Shown here piece by piece: positions 1 to 11,038 of a stretch of DNA of 64,000 bases (the first letter of the stretch is position 1; every line of letters starts with the position of its first letter). This DNA is from Vitrella brassicaformis CCMP3155 (Eukaryota; Protista; Chromerida). Location: assembly GCA_001179505.1 (NCBI GenBank), contig CDMY01000748.1, positions 216,883 to 280,882 on the forward strand. The letters run 5' to 3'. Both the position numbers and the translations under genes were made by a program. The notes under the pieces are model-generated. The model saw only the letters and a program-made list of their open reading frames with translations. It was not told the origin of the DNA and searched no databases.

Positions 1-1
1 G

Positions 2-2651
2 GACTCCTGTGGGCTTCAGACAGATGCCGTCTGGCGTCTACTTTCAGGTGGTGCAGCCGGGCAGTGGGCCAAAACCGACAGGTGACCAACGCGTCAAGTA
101 TGACTTCATCCAATGGGCTGACGACTTCGATGGAGATCCAGTACACGAGAAGCGTGGGGAGGTGGATTGCCCGTCCGACTGTGATGAGTGGGAGGAGGAG
201 ATGTGGACTGACATGCGTGTGGGTGAGGTGCGGCGTATTGTGACGCCGGCCGGGCTGATCAACAAATGGACGGAGGATTTCATCGAGTTGCGGCTTTTGG
301 ACATCCTGTGAGTCGGGGTACATTCACACATGTGTGAGGATTGGTGTGCGTCATGGCATTCACTTCGTGTGTGTGTGGGTGTTGCTCTTCCAGTCCTCTT
401 CGGTATTTCTTTGCCAGGACTCCTATTGGCCCCGAGCGGCCACCATCACCACCAGCAGCAGCAGCTACGACGGCGTCTAATAACGACAGCAGCCATGAAG
501 GATTCACTCTGTATCCCTCTGGAACCTATCATCAAGTGGTCAAAGAGGGCAGTGGGCCCAAACCGACGCATGACCAGTGGGTCAAGTACGACGTCATCGG
601 GTGGCACGACGACTTCGACTTGCAAGAGAAGGAATTTGAGGAAGGTCGGTGGGAGTTGCGTGTGTCTGAGTGCACTGAGTGGGTCCAGGAGGTCGTCACT
701 GACATGCGTGTGGGCGAGGTGCGTCGGGTCGTCGTGCCGGCCAGACTGAGTGTCACTGGCAAGGAGAGATATATCGAGTACAGGCTGGTGGACATCATGT
801 GAGTCGGTACACATTCACACACGTGTGCGGACGTTGATGTGACTCGCGGCATTCACTTCGACTGTGCGTGGTGCTCTTTGCTTTTTTGCCAGGAATTCTG
901 TCGGCCCCGACTGGCGACCACCACCACCAGCAGCAGCTCCGACGGCACCTAAGAATGACAGTAGCCATGAAGGGGCGGCGGACAGCAAGGGCGACGACAC
1001 GACTGACGATGGCTTCGTCCAGCGCCCGTCTGGCGCACTTCATAAGGTGGTGCGACAGGGTAGTGGCAGAGTGCCCACACTCCACGAGCGCGTCAGGTAT
1101 GACGAGATTGGGTGGCGTGATGGATTCGACGGCCAGGAGAAAGCCTTCGATGACCGTGGGTTGGAGTGGCGTGTGTCTGGTGGGCCGATGAGTGAGTGAG
1201 GCGATACTCTCGATGCGCGAGGGCGAACTTAGGCGCCTCATTACGCGAGATGGGAAGTACATCGAGCTGCGGCTGATCGGCATTATCGACGAGGAGTGAG
1301 AAACATCCACAAAAGGCACGGCATTCACTTCGTGTGTGGGTATTTCTTTCTCTCCTCTTTGGTATTTTCTTTACCAGCACTCCCGTCGGCTTCACAAAGA
1401 TGCCTTCTGGCGCCTACTGTCGAGTGGTGCAGCCGGGCAGTGGGCCAAAACCGACAGGTGACCAACGCGTCAAGTATGACTTCATCCAATGGGCTGACGA
1501 CTTCGATGGAGACAAAGTATGGGAGAGGCGAGGGGAGGTGGATCGTCCGTCCGACTGTGATGGGTGGGAGGAGGAGATGTGGACTGACATGTGTGTGGGT
1601 GAGGTGCGGCGGGTCATCCTGTCGGGCTCATTGAGCACCACTGGGGAGGATGCTTACATCGAGATGCGGCTATTGGACATCCGGTGAGTCGGGGCACGTC
1701 CACACACGTGTGAGGATTTGTGTGCGTCACGGCTTCACTTGGTGTGTGTGGGTGTTGCTCCTCCTGTCCTATCCGGCATTTCTTTGCCAGGACTCCTGTC
1801 GGCCCCGAGCGGCCACTACCACCACCAGCAGCAGCAGCTACGACGGCGCCTAATAATGACAGCAGCCATGAAGGATTCACTCTGTACCCCTCTGGAACCT
1901 ATCATCAAGTCGTACAGCAGGGTAGTGGGCCCAAAGCGACGCGTGAGCAGAATGTCACGGTCGACATCATCGAGTGGCGTGATGACTTCGACGGACCAGA
2001 CAAGAGATATGATCTCCATGGGGTGGTAGGTCTTGTGTCTTCCTGGGCTGAGTGGGAGCAGGAGATCCTCACTGACATGCGTGTGGGTGAGGTGCGCCGC
2101 GTCCTCGTGCCGGGCAGACAGGAGGAGAGATACCTCGAGTACAGGCTGGTGGACATCCGATGAGTCGGGCACATTCACACACGTGTGAGGATTGATGTGC
2201 GCCACGGGACTCATTCATATCTGCGCATTGCTCTTTGGTATTTTCTTGTCAGGAATTCTGTCGGTTCCGAGCGGCCACCACAACCACCACCGCCACCGTC
2301 AGCAGCAGCAGCACCGCCACCACTAGCAAGAGAAGAAGCGGCGGCCAGCGATGGCAGCAGGAGGCGGTCGACGGGCGTGTTGTCTCGGGTGGTGCAGCAG
2401 GGCAGCGGTCCCACACCGACCCGTGACCAGCACATAAAAGCCGACATTATCGAGTGGGCTGACGATTTTGACGGCCAGGACAAGAGAGGGGAGGGCAGTG
2501 GGCTGGAGTTTGGTCTGTCTGATGTACGTGAGTGGCTCCAAGAGATGTGGACTGACATGCGGGTGGGTGAGGTGCGGCGGGTCACCCTGCCGGCCGAGAT
2601 GAGCACTACTGGCAAGGATGCTTACGTCGAGATGCGGCTACTGGACATCAC
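2..2651 (+). repeat. Higher-order tandem repeat (A-B-C)(D-E-F), period about 1.37 kb, followed by another B-type unit (G)
   Basis: A and D are near-identical and both 306 nt. B, E and G share the FTLYPSGTYHQVV start and the Pro/Ala linker. C and F share the acceptor context AG|GAATTCTGTCGG. Spacers share gtgagtcggg..cacattcacacacgtgtgaggatt..gcattcacttcgtgtgtg. Confidence 0.85.
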
Positions 2652-3181
2652 GTGAGTCGGGTTACATTCACACACGTGTGAGGATTGACGTGCGTCATGG
2701 CATTCACTTCGTGTGTGCGTGGTGCTCTTTGGTGTTGTCTTTGCCAGGACTCCTGTGGGCTTCGGCCGACCACCACCACCAGCAGCAGCACCTACGACGG
2801 CGCCCAATGATGACAGCAGCTATGAAGGATTCACTCTGTACCCCTCTGGAACCTATCATCAAGTGGTCAAGGAGGGCAGTGGGCCCAAACCGACGCATGA
2901 GCAGTGGGTCAAGTACGACAGCATCGAGTGGCGTGATGACTTCGACGGACGAGACAAGATAGGCGAGACGCGTGGGGGGGTTTATCGTGTGTCTAGGTGT
3001 CTGGTTTTAGAGTGGTTCAACGAGATCATAACCGACATGCGTGTGGGTGAGGTGAGGCGGGTTTTTTGTCCCGGCGGAGGGGGGACAGGACACGTGCTTC
3101 GAAGAGTACAGGCTGCTGGCGATTTGTGATAGTGAGATTGAGTGTGAGAATGAAGGCATTGATCTTAGTGAATGTGCCTGA
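2..3181 (+). CDS. Array of 7 FKBP-like domain exons (A-G); the 5' part of the gene lies upstream of the window
   Basis: Exons: A 2-307, B 418-798, C 893-1295, D 1378-1683, E 1791-2159, F 2253-2651, G 2748-(3129 or 3181). B-G follow a pyrimidine tract + CAG and A begins at the last G of an equivalent site. All start in phase 2. Translations follow the FKBP pattern (PSG.Y.QVV..GSGPKPT...V.YD.I.W.DDFDG...EW.....DMRVGEVRR.....Y.E.RL.DI). Spacers are 82-110 bp and intron-like. Confidence 0.8.
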
Positions 3182-4400
3182 CTGACTGACTCGTCGATCG
3201 ATCGGCAACAGCGGAGCTCGAGGGCGGGCAAAGAGAGTGACGCTGACGGGTGAATGCGTGGATGGATGCAGGAGCGTCTGTAGGTCGTTCTGGCCTTCCA
3301 GGTATCTGTTGATCTCTGCATGTCGTTGACTGACTGGCAATTGTCACTTCCGCAATGCTGGGCGCATCTGCTGGACGCTTGTGTGCAGATGTAGGCGATG
3401 GATGGACCGGTGTGTGTAGGGGCGTCAGACAGGTCTTCAGTGGGGCTGGGTGGTCGGATGGCGACGGGTTGAATTGTGATGTATGTGATAACGACCCAAT
3501 TTGTCCGTTATGATGAGCACAAACATCAGAGTCACCGAGTCATTTGCGTCAGTGTGAAACACAATACATAGACACACACGAGAACGACATGTCACATCGG
3601 TGGCCACAATGAATAAACGCATAGGTGGCCTGAATGAATGAATGCATGAAGGCAGACAGCACTCACCACCTCCCACACACGCACTGCCGCGACACCCACG
3701 AGCAAAGAGCTCACAGGATGACCACAAGCCGTGAGCTCACAGCACCCAATCCGCTCACGCAGAGAGGACACGTGAGAGAAAGACGCCAAGCAACCGGAGA
3801 GAGAAAAAGGCTCCAGCATCAGACAGATGGCCTTGTCGTATGGCTGACCTCGCCCACTCATCTATACCACGCACACAAAAAACTCGCCCACGCCCTTCAT
3901 CAAGACTGCATCGGATCAGACAGCCATGCATTCGCGTTGAATAAAAGCAGCCACACACACACATACACACACACCCACAGAGAGAGGGAGAGAGGGCGAG
4001 AGAGAGAGAGATGCCGGCATTTCTGCTTCTTTTGATTGCACAGACACGAAGAAAACCGTCACAGTTTCTCAGCCGATGGATGCCAAAAAAGCCCCACTCC
4101 TCACTCGTCGATAAACGAACACATGACATGACGTCCACCGGCCGCCGAGAGATACAGCGACTTCACCACACCCAATCAATGCACTCACACATCGATGTGT
4201 GTGTGGATGGACGTGAGTGGCAGCCAAGGCGCACACACTAAGACAGATGACCAGAGTTCCACGCCCCGCACCAACGCAACTCTAGCAGGGCCATGCAGTG
4301 GCAAACGCGGACAAGCTGCTTGCCATAAAAAATGAAACATGACTGCCGGATGGCGCCACCGCCGCAATGCACACACAGCAGACACACCAGGAGGCAGTGC

Positions 4401-6030
4401 TCACAGGATGGCCACCAGCCTGTACTCGATGTAAGCCTCCTTGCCAGTGACACTCAGTCTGGCTGGCAGGATGATCCGCCGCACCTCACCCACACGCATG
4501 TCAGTGAACACCTCCTGGGCCCACTCAGGTTGATCAGACACACGAGCCACCAGCCCACGCTCCTCCCCTCTCTTGCCTGGGCCGTCGAAGTCGTCACGCC
4601 ACTCGATGACGTCGATCTTGACGCGCTGGTCACGTGTCGCTTTGGGTCCACTGACCGGCCGCACCACCTGATAGCGAATCCCCGATTGCATCTCAGTGAA
4701 CACAGCGCCGCCGCCCCGGCCATGCGGAGAGCTGAGGAGAGGAAGAGAGAGAGCCAATCATGACCTGTACGATCACTCTTCTCATGGGCATCTCACCTTT
4801 GCGTGTCGACGCCGTACATGGCGGCCGTCTTGTTGAAGGTCTCCTGTCTGGGCGCACTGTCCATTACGAGCGGCATTCGCACCCCGCCCATTAGCTTTGT
4901 GTCGGGCAGTGAGGCCGCGTGTCGTTTGCGGCGGTAGTGGTCCACCAGACGGCGGACGTGGTCGACGGGCACATCCTCAATGGGAGCCGGCCACCTGATG
5001 GGGGACAACACACCACATCACGCATACATCCAGCCAGCCTGGTGCTGGTGTGTACTCTGTTGATGCTCACAGGTTGAATCTGTTGGTGAGAGCAATGTCG
5101 CCCATCACATCGAGGGTCGACTGAGTCGTCGAAACGGTCTGGCCACACACGTCGACAGACCGAATGGCATCGCCGCCACTCAAAGGCGCCAGGAAGGGCT
5201 TCACGGCCTGATAGACAGACATACAGACGCAGCCATGGACAACCTTCAGTGCTTTGATTGACTGTGTCTCTCTCACCGTAATTTCCATCATCGTCTGGTC
5301 GTATGCGGCCTTCTTGGCCGCCCGCTCGCTGTCGAGGTCGTTCTTCTTTGCCACGAAAGTCTTGACGAAGCTCTCCACCTCCGCCACGACCCCTCTCAGT
5401 TCTGCCGGCAGCCCGTGCGATGCCACCGTCGGCTCTTCCGAGTGACCCTGTGCAGCCGAAGATGCGTCGGTGGATGGCTTGTCGATGGGCGAGAGGAGCA
5501 CTGCTGTCCAGAAGTCATGAAGGCCTGCACACAACCCACACACACACACACACACACACACGTCCACACACATGCAGGTGGACAAGAGGAGAAGGTTTGC
5601 ATGCGCCCTAATTACCTTGGTAGTTTCTCGTCTTTGCCTCGTCCATCAGCCGGTCCACCGCACCCTGCCCGTCCAGGATGGCCTCCAGCATCGCGTCAAA
5701 CGCACGCGGACACACATCGACGAACACGCGATTGTCTGCATCACGACCCAGCCGCCCATCCCATCTGCCACCGAACAGCACCGCCAGCAGTGTGCCCTCG
5801 ACGCTCGTCAGGTGCTTGCGGCGCACAGACGAGTGGCTCCCGCCGACATTGACCTTAAGCAGGTCGTCGCCAGAGGCCGCCGATGGGTCTAAGGCGCCGT
5901 GGTCACTCAGCAGTTTGCCGATGTCATAAGAGGAGGCCATGTCAGCCCGCTCGGCCTCGAGGCGCTCCATCGGGCCGACTATCTGCCTGTCCAGCCGGCA
6001 GAGGGCCTCGTGGCGAGTGAAGGGCTCCAT
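4401..6030 (-). CDS. BTB/POZ (KCTD-type) + coiled coil + degenerate second BTB-like segment + C-terminal FKBP-like domain
   Basis: Exons 6030-5616, 5524-5277, 5207-5071, 4994-4797, 4731-4401, all GT-AG. BTB motif LKVNVGG...VRRKHLTSVEGTLLAVLFGGRWDGRLGRDADNRVFVD. The last exon encodes ...TDMRVGEVRRIILPARLSVTGKEAYIEYRLVAIL*. Confidence 0.85.
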
Positions 6031-6184
6031 GACAGCAGACCGACGAACGCTGAGACACAGAGCAGCAGACAGACAGACAAACGGCAGATGCACTCATCAG
6101 ATCTTCTTGATCATAGCCTCTGTGTGTCACTCCTGAGCTCTCCTCTTACCTCATTTGGCTGTTCCCTCTCCTACTCCTACTTGA

Positions 6185-6191
6185 AGCTCGC
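6185..6191 (+). promoter_or_regulatory. AGCTCGC candidate promoter element (BTB/BTB divergent pair)
   Basis: aAGCTCGCa between ATG 6030(-) and 6386(+); a repeated tgaaaccgctc also occurs at about 6200 and 6240. Confidence 0.5.
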
Positions 6192-6385
6192 ACGCCGCTG
6201 AAACCGCTCTCTCGCTGTGTGTGATTCGCGGTGCTCCCTGAAACCGCTCGCCTGTGTGTGATTCGGAAGGCATCGCTGCACGTCAGGGGGTCGAGAGCGT
6301 CACCCAGGTGAGGCAGGAGAGAGATAGCAATCAATTACAAGCCAGATCTGTCATGCTTGTGTGGTTGACAGGCACATCAGTTACG

Positions 6386-8029
6386 ATGGATGCCGATTTC
6401 AGCGTCCCTGTGATGCAGCTTCAGCTGCAGGGGCCATTGATGGCCATCAGCGACGCCATCAGCCAGCTGCATGCCCAAATCCGCCAGGCTGACGAGGACG
6501 CCCAGCAAGAGAGGCAGAAGCACGGCGCATCGGACCCATCAGCAGCGTCGCCCGATGACGTGCTGATTCTCAATATCGGCGGCGATGACAGATGGCGGGT
6601 GAAGCGGCAGCACATGACTCAAGGGGAGGGCGTGGAGGGCACTCTGCTGGCGACGCTGTTCTCGGGCTGCTGGGACGGCCGGCTGAGCAAAGACGACAAG
6701 CAGCGGGTGTTCATCGATATGTCCCCCTCAGCGTTTGAGACCATCCACACGGCCATATTGGACGCCGAGACGATGCGCAGCGCGGGTAAGGCGGCGTCGG
6801 TTGCCACGCTGCTCGAGGAGACATCCCAGCGGGACTGCACCGGTAAGGGCCATGAAGGCGGCAACACACTCATCCTGTCTTCTCACTTATCGTTTGGCTG
6901 CCGTGGTGTAGGTCCCCATGGCTTCTGGATCAAGCTGCTGCTGTCGCCACTGGACAAGGCGGCCTCAGAGGCCACTTCCAGCGGCGTCACTGAGCCGCAG
7001 CCGGCCGCCACCAACAGCCCCGCTGCGAGTGACGACGCCGTCAAGCCTCTGCAGGCGAGGGTCGAGGCCATCATGAAGGCTTTCGCCAAGGAGAAGGCCC
7101 GGCTGGAGGCGCAGCTGAGGGCGGCCAACAAGCGACGCGACAATCTCGACAAGGAGATACAGGTGATGAGATGCGCCCAGAGGGAGAGGAGGGTTGTTGG
7201 TCTGATGCTGTGTGTGGTTCACAGGCCGTGAGTCCCTTCCTGCTGCCTCTGAGTGGCGACGATGACCCCATCAGGTCTGTCGACGTCTGCGGCCACGTCA
7301 TAACGACCACTCAGTCGACTGTCGATGAGATGAGTGACGAGCTGCGGAACAGATTCGACAGGTGAGCATCGACCCACCGAAGCCCTCACTGACAGCGATG
7401 CACACTCGAAGATGGCTGTGTGTATCCTCTCTGTGTGTCTTAGGTGGCCGCGGCCGGTTGAGGTGGTGCAGCCCGACCACATCGGCCGCATGGTCGATTA
7501 CTACCGCCGCAAGCGACTCGGTGCGTCTGCCGCCGACATGGCTGCAGTGCTGAAGATGGACAAGCCCACCAAGCAGAGCGCCTTCGACATCAACGCGGCC
7601 ATGTACGGCGTTGTCAACACAGACACACCCACCACACACGGCGCGCAGCAGACCAGGTACGCAGATGGAGAGCTGCGCAGGAAGGCTGACCTCGCCGTCT
7701 ATCTCTCTGTCTTGTTCCCTTTGTGCAGTGGCGATGGCTTCATTGAGATGCCGTCTGGTAATCGGTATCGCATCGTCACGGAGGGCACCGGGGGGGTCCC
7801 CACAGCCAACGACCGCATCAAGTACGACTACATTGCGTGGCGTGATGGATTCGACGGCCGGGAAAAAAGCATCGATAGCCGTGGGCGGGTGGGTCGTGTG
7901 TCTGATGCGGCTGAGTGGTGGCGTGAGGCGATGCTATCGATGCGGGAGGGGGAGACGAGGCAGACCATACGGCCAGCCAAATATCATTATGGCCGCTACG
8001 TTGAGCTGCGTTTGATCAGCATCGAGTAG
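6386..8029 (+). CDS. BTB/POZ + coiled coil + degenerate BTB-like segment + FKBP-like domain (paralog 2)
   Basis: Exons 6386-6842, 6912-7162, 7225-7361, 7444-7656, 7729-8029. Motif LILNIGG...GTLLATLFSGCWDGRLSKDDKQRVFID. Intron positions match the gene at 4401-6030. There is a probable 5'UTR intron at about 6308-6371. Confidence 0.85.
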
Positions 8030-8346
8030 GAGAGAGTCCACACACAAGTGGGCGGCTGTGTGTGTCACACACTCGTGTGTGCGGCCGGGGGCTCTTCCAT
8101 CGTCGCCTGGCTGACAGTGTGCCTCGACTTTGAGCGATGGAGTGAAGGTCTTTTGCTTTTGTTAGCTGTATCAGTGCGCATGAGTGCATCTGTCGTGCAG
8201 TGTGCAGCGTGCGTGCTGGTCGACTGGTTGATAATGATCCGCTGATCGACTCACTCAGGATGATTTTGTGTGCCGTGTGTGCTTTTATTCAATCACATGC
8301 GTTGCGTTGCGTGCAGACAGGCCAGCGATAGCAGCGAGGGTGTACA

Positions 8347-8382
<36 letters not shown>

Positions 8383-8982
8383 GCTCTCTTCACTCACTCA
8401 GACGGAAAAACAGCCAGCCACGCATCCATCACACAGACAGAAAGGGAAGATTGAGAAGGCGACAGACACCATTTATGAGTGGATTGTGGACTAGTGCATT
8501 TCACGGTCTCTGTCTCTGCTGCATCCCTTTGCAATGCATACCTTGCATCTATGAATGGAAAAAGACCGAGACAAAAAGAGAGAGAGAAAGGCAGACAGGC
8601 GACCTTTGCAAGACAAGACAGTCAGAAAATGCCATGCACACACACCCACACGCAAAGAGAGAGAGGGAGAGAGAGAGACCCACACCGGCTTTTTTCACCG
8701 GTTGCCATCGACCACAGAGGTCATAGGCAACAAAAGATAGGCAACCCAGACACACACACACAGGCAGGCAGTAGGCAGACACACAGGCAGACAGGCAGAG
8801 GCCATGGGACCGATGAATGGATGGATGAGTGGATGAAACCTTCGCTTGATGGACAAGACAGTCAAAAGAAGCCACGCATTCGTCAGCAACCACACACTGA
8901 TTGCCTGCACACTCAACATGGACCAAAATGGCCCGCCAATTACGGGTGTCCATCTCTCATGCGCTCATTCGATTACTGAGGC

Positions 8983-10738
8983 TCACAGGTAAGACAGCTG
9001 ACCGTTCATGAAGGGCCAGCTGGTGGACGCCACCCCACTCATGCCATCGTCGGCAGGAAAGTGACCCACGAGGGTCCCGCCCCCCATCACTCCGCCATAG
9101 TGTTTGTCGCGTCTGTACCGCACTGTGTACTGCAGCCGGTCGCCCTTGCGTAACATCGGCCCTTTGCCGTCATGGTAGTGACACTGGGTGATGCTGGTGA
9201 CGTACCCCTCCTCATGGCCGGCCTTGTGGGGCGTGCAGCCGTAGATGGCCGTCATGTCGCAGCGCCAATCGATCCCAATACCGTCATCCGTGTCGCTGCT
9301 GTTGCTGCTGATGCCGGCAAGGACCGCGTCGATGGCCCCGATGTGCATATGGGCGCGCACGCCGATGAGATGGAAGTCCTCATTCACCAGCACAGTCGCC
9401 GTCTTGGTGTCGACACACCTGTCGGCAATATCATCATGGCCACTGTCGCCAAGCCGCCGCTCCTTGATGGCCACTGCAAGATGGCTGGCTGATGGCTTCA
9501 TGCATCCCTCTGCGGGGAAGACGTTCCACTCATGCCGTCCGCCGACGGCATCGATGATCATGTTGGCGCGGACCGGCCGCACAATGGGGCTGACACAGCC
9601 ATACCGCACCGTGTATTTGACTCTGTAGTACTTGGGGGCGGGGCGGGCAAGAAAACCGCCCGGAGTGGGCGGACCGAAGACGGCATCTGGGTCGCTGTTG
9701 CAGTTGGGGCAGTGGTGGGGGTCATCGAAGGCATCTGTGCCGGTGGAGGTCACGAAGGGGTCGAGTGTCGTGCGGCAGTGGGCCTGTGGGACACACACAG
9801 ACAGGCCAAGTGGTGAGAGTGGACACACGTGTGAGCGCAGGAGACTAACGCCATCTGGGCAGCAGTTGAAAGACCCATGCCGACCATCGGGGGCACATAG
9901 ACACTGAAAGATACACACACACATCCCGCCATCTCACACACAAAAGGCCTGCAGGGGTCCCATTGATGCCATGTGTGTCTTACCTGAATGCACGCCGGCA
10001 CGTTCGTGACGTTTTGCAGCATCAGCAGGTGCACGTTGAGCCACCACTTCTCCTTGCCGGCCGTCGTGAAGGCATAGGGAGCGGTGAGAGATACTATCGG
10101 AGTGCCTGCAGCCACACACATGGGAGCACACACGAATGTGCCTTCACGTCTATCCATCCATCCCTCCATCCATCCATCCATTCATCCATCCATCCATCGG
10201 TGACCTCTGGTTTCGGCGCCGGTGCCCAGCTTCCCCACCAGCTCGTTGCCGGCATCAGGCGTCGTGTAGAACAGAAACCAATGATGCACGTACACCTCAA
10301 AAGGCACACGCACACACAAATCCATAGAGACCGCACTCATCGATGGGCGTACCTCGTCGAGTGGCACACTGACATTCCTGTCGTCCACAATCTCCCCCCA
10401 CAGGCCTCTGATGGCCATCGGCTGGTCGTCAGGCATCTCGACGGGCACGTCGAAGGGATCGGTGTTGAGGACGTCACCCGGAGAGAGCGGAAATGCGGTG
10501 CTGACGTAGGTGCTCTCCCTCTCATCGCTGTCGGCGACCTCAGTGGTGGTGTGGTGGCTGAATGAGAGACTGAAGCCCCCCCAGAGGCGGAGACGCCATC
10601 GAGGGCAGCGGAGGCGACAGAGATGAGGCAGGCCAGAGAGGAAAGGCCCTCCAAAAACATGGTCACCGTAGCTGTCAGGCAGAGGACAGCCGAGGCAGGT
10701 CGGCAGACAGCTGCACCTCTCTCTGTACGTAACGCCAT
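8983..10738 (-). CDS. SURNod19-like secreted protein with copper-monooxygenase-like His motifs; apparent frameshift after the signal peptide
   Basis: Exons (10738 or 10660)-10353, 10295-10205, 10105-9984, 9783-8983. Motifs [33 protein letters not shown] and [15 protein letters not shown]...GVMG recall plant SURNod19 from memory. The hydrophobic leader [19 protein letters not shown] is one base out of frame at the C7 run 10576-10582. Confidence 0.65.
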
Positions 10739-10881
10739 GGTATCGTAAATGCTGATATTGAGATGGTTTCGCCGTCTTGTGAGTCATTATGTGGCCATGT
10801 ACTGGTCGGCGTATTACAGGGCATCACGGTTACAGGCGAAATTAGCTTGTATTCATGAGTTCAATCTCTTCCCTCAATTTT

Positions 10882-10888
10882 GCGAGCT
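10882..10888 (-). promoter_or_regulatory. AGCTCGC candidate promoter element
   Basis: Between ATG 10738(-) and 11039(+). Confidence 0.5.
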
Positions 10889-11038
10889 CACATATTCGAG
10901 CGACCAGGAAAGGAGTTGCCAAATGAGCTACTGTGGCCTGTTGTGTGTGCGTGTGGTCTGGTGTGGCATGTTGTGCTGGCCACGTGTCACATGCGAGGAG
11001 TCACACGGGCGGTTTCTGACGAGCGATAGTGTGTCGCC

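Noticed and set aside
309-2655. Selenocysteine or stop read-through at the recurrent TGA
   Set aside because: Reading through TGA puts the next cassette out of frame for A, B and D (only F-G is in frame), whereas splicing keeps every junction in frame.
330-2750. Cys-rich 'signal peptides' (MCV...FFARTP) on each array ORF, implying seven independent secreted genes
   Set aside because: These are translations of TG-rich intron ends, mostly from GTG/TTG starts; each lies directly on a polypyrimidine-CAG acceptor.
1-3181. CRISPR-like or satellite reading of the regularly spaced conserved spacers
   Set aside because: The conserved blocks are GT-AG introns of 82-110 bp, and the intervening units are protein-coding exons of 300-400 bp; there are no cas-like genes.
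8340-8680. (CA)n/(GA)n/(GTCT)n/(GGAT)n tracts as a special signal
   Set aside because: They occur in nearly every intron and intergenic region of the window and are background for this genome.
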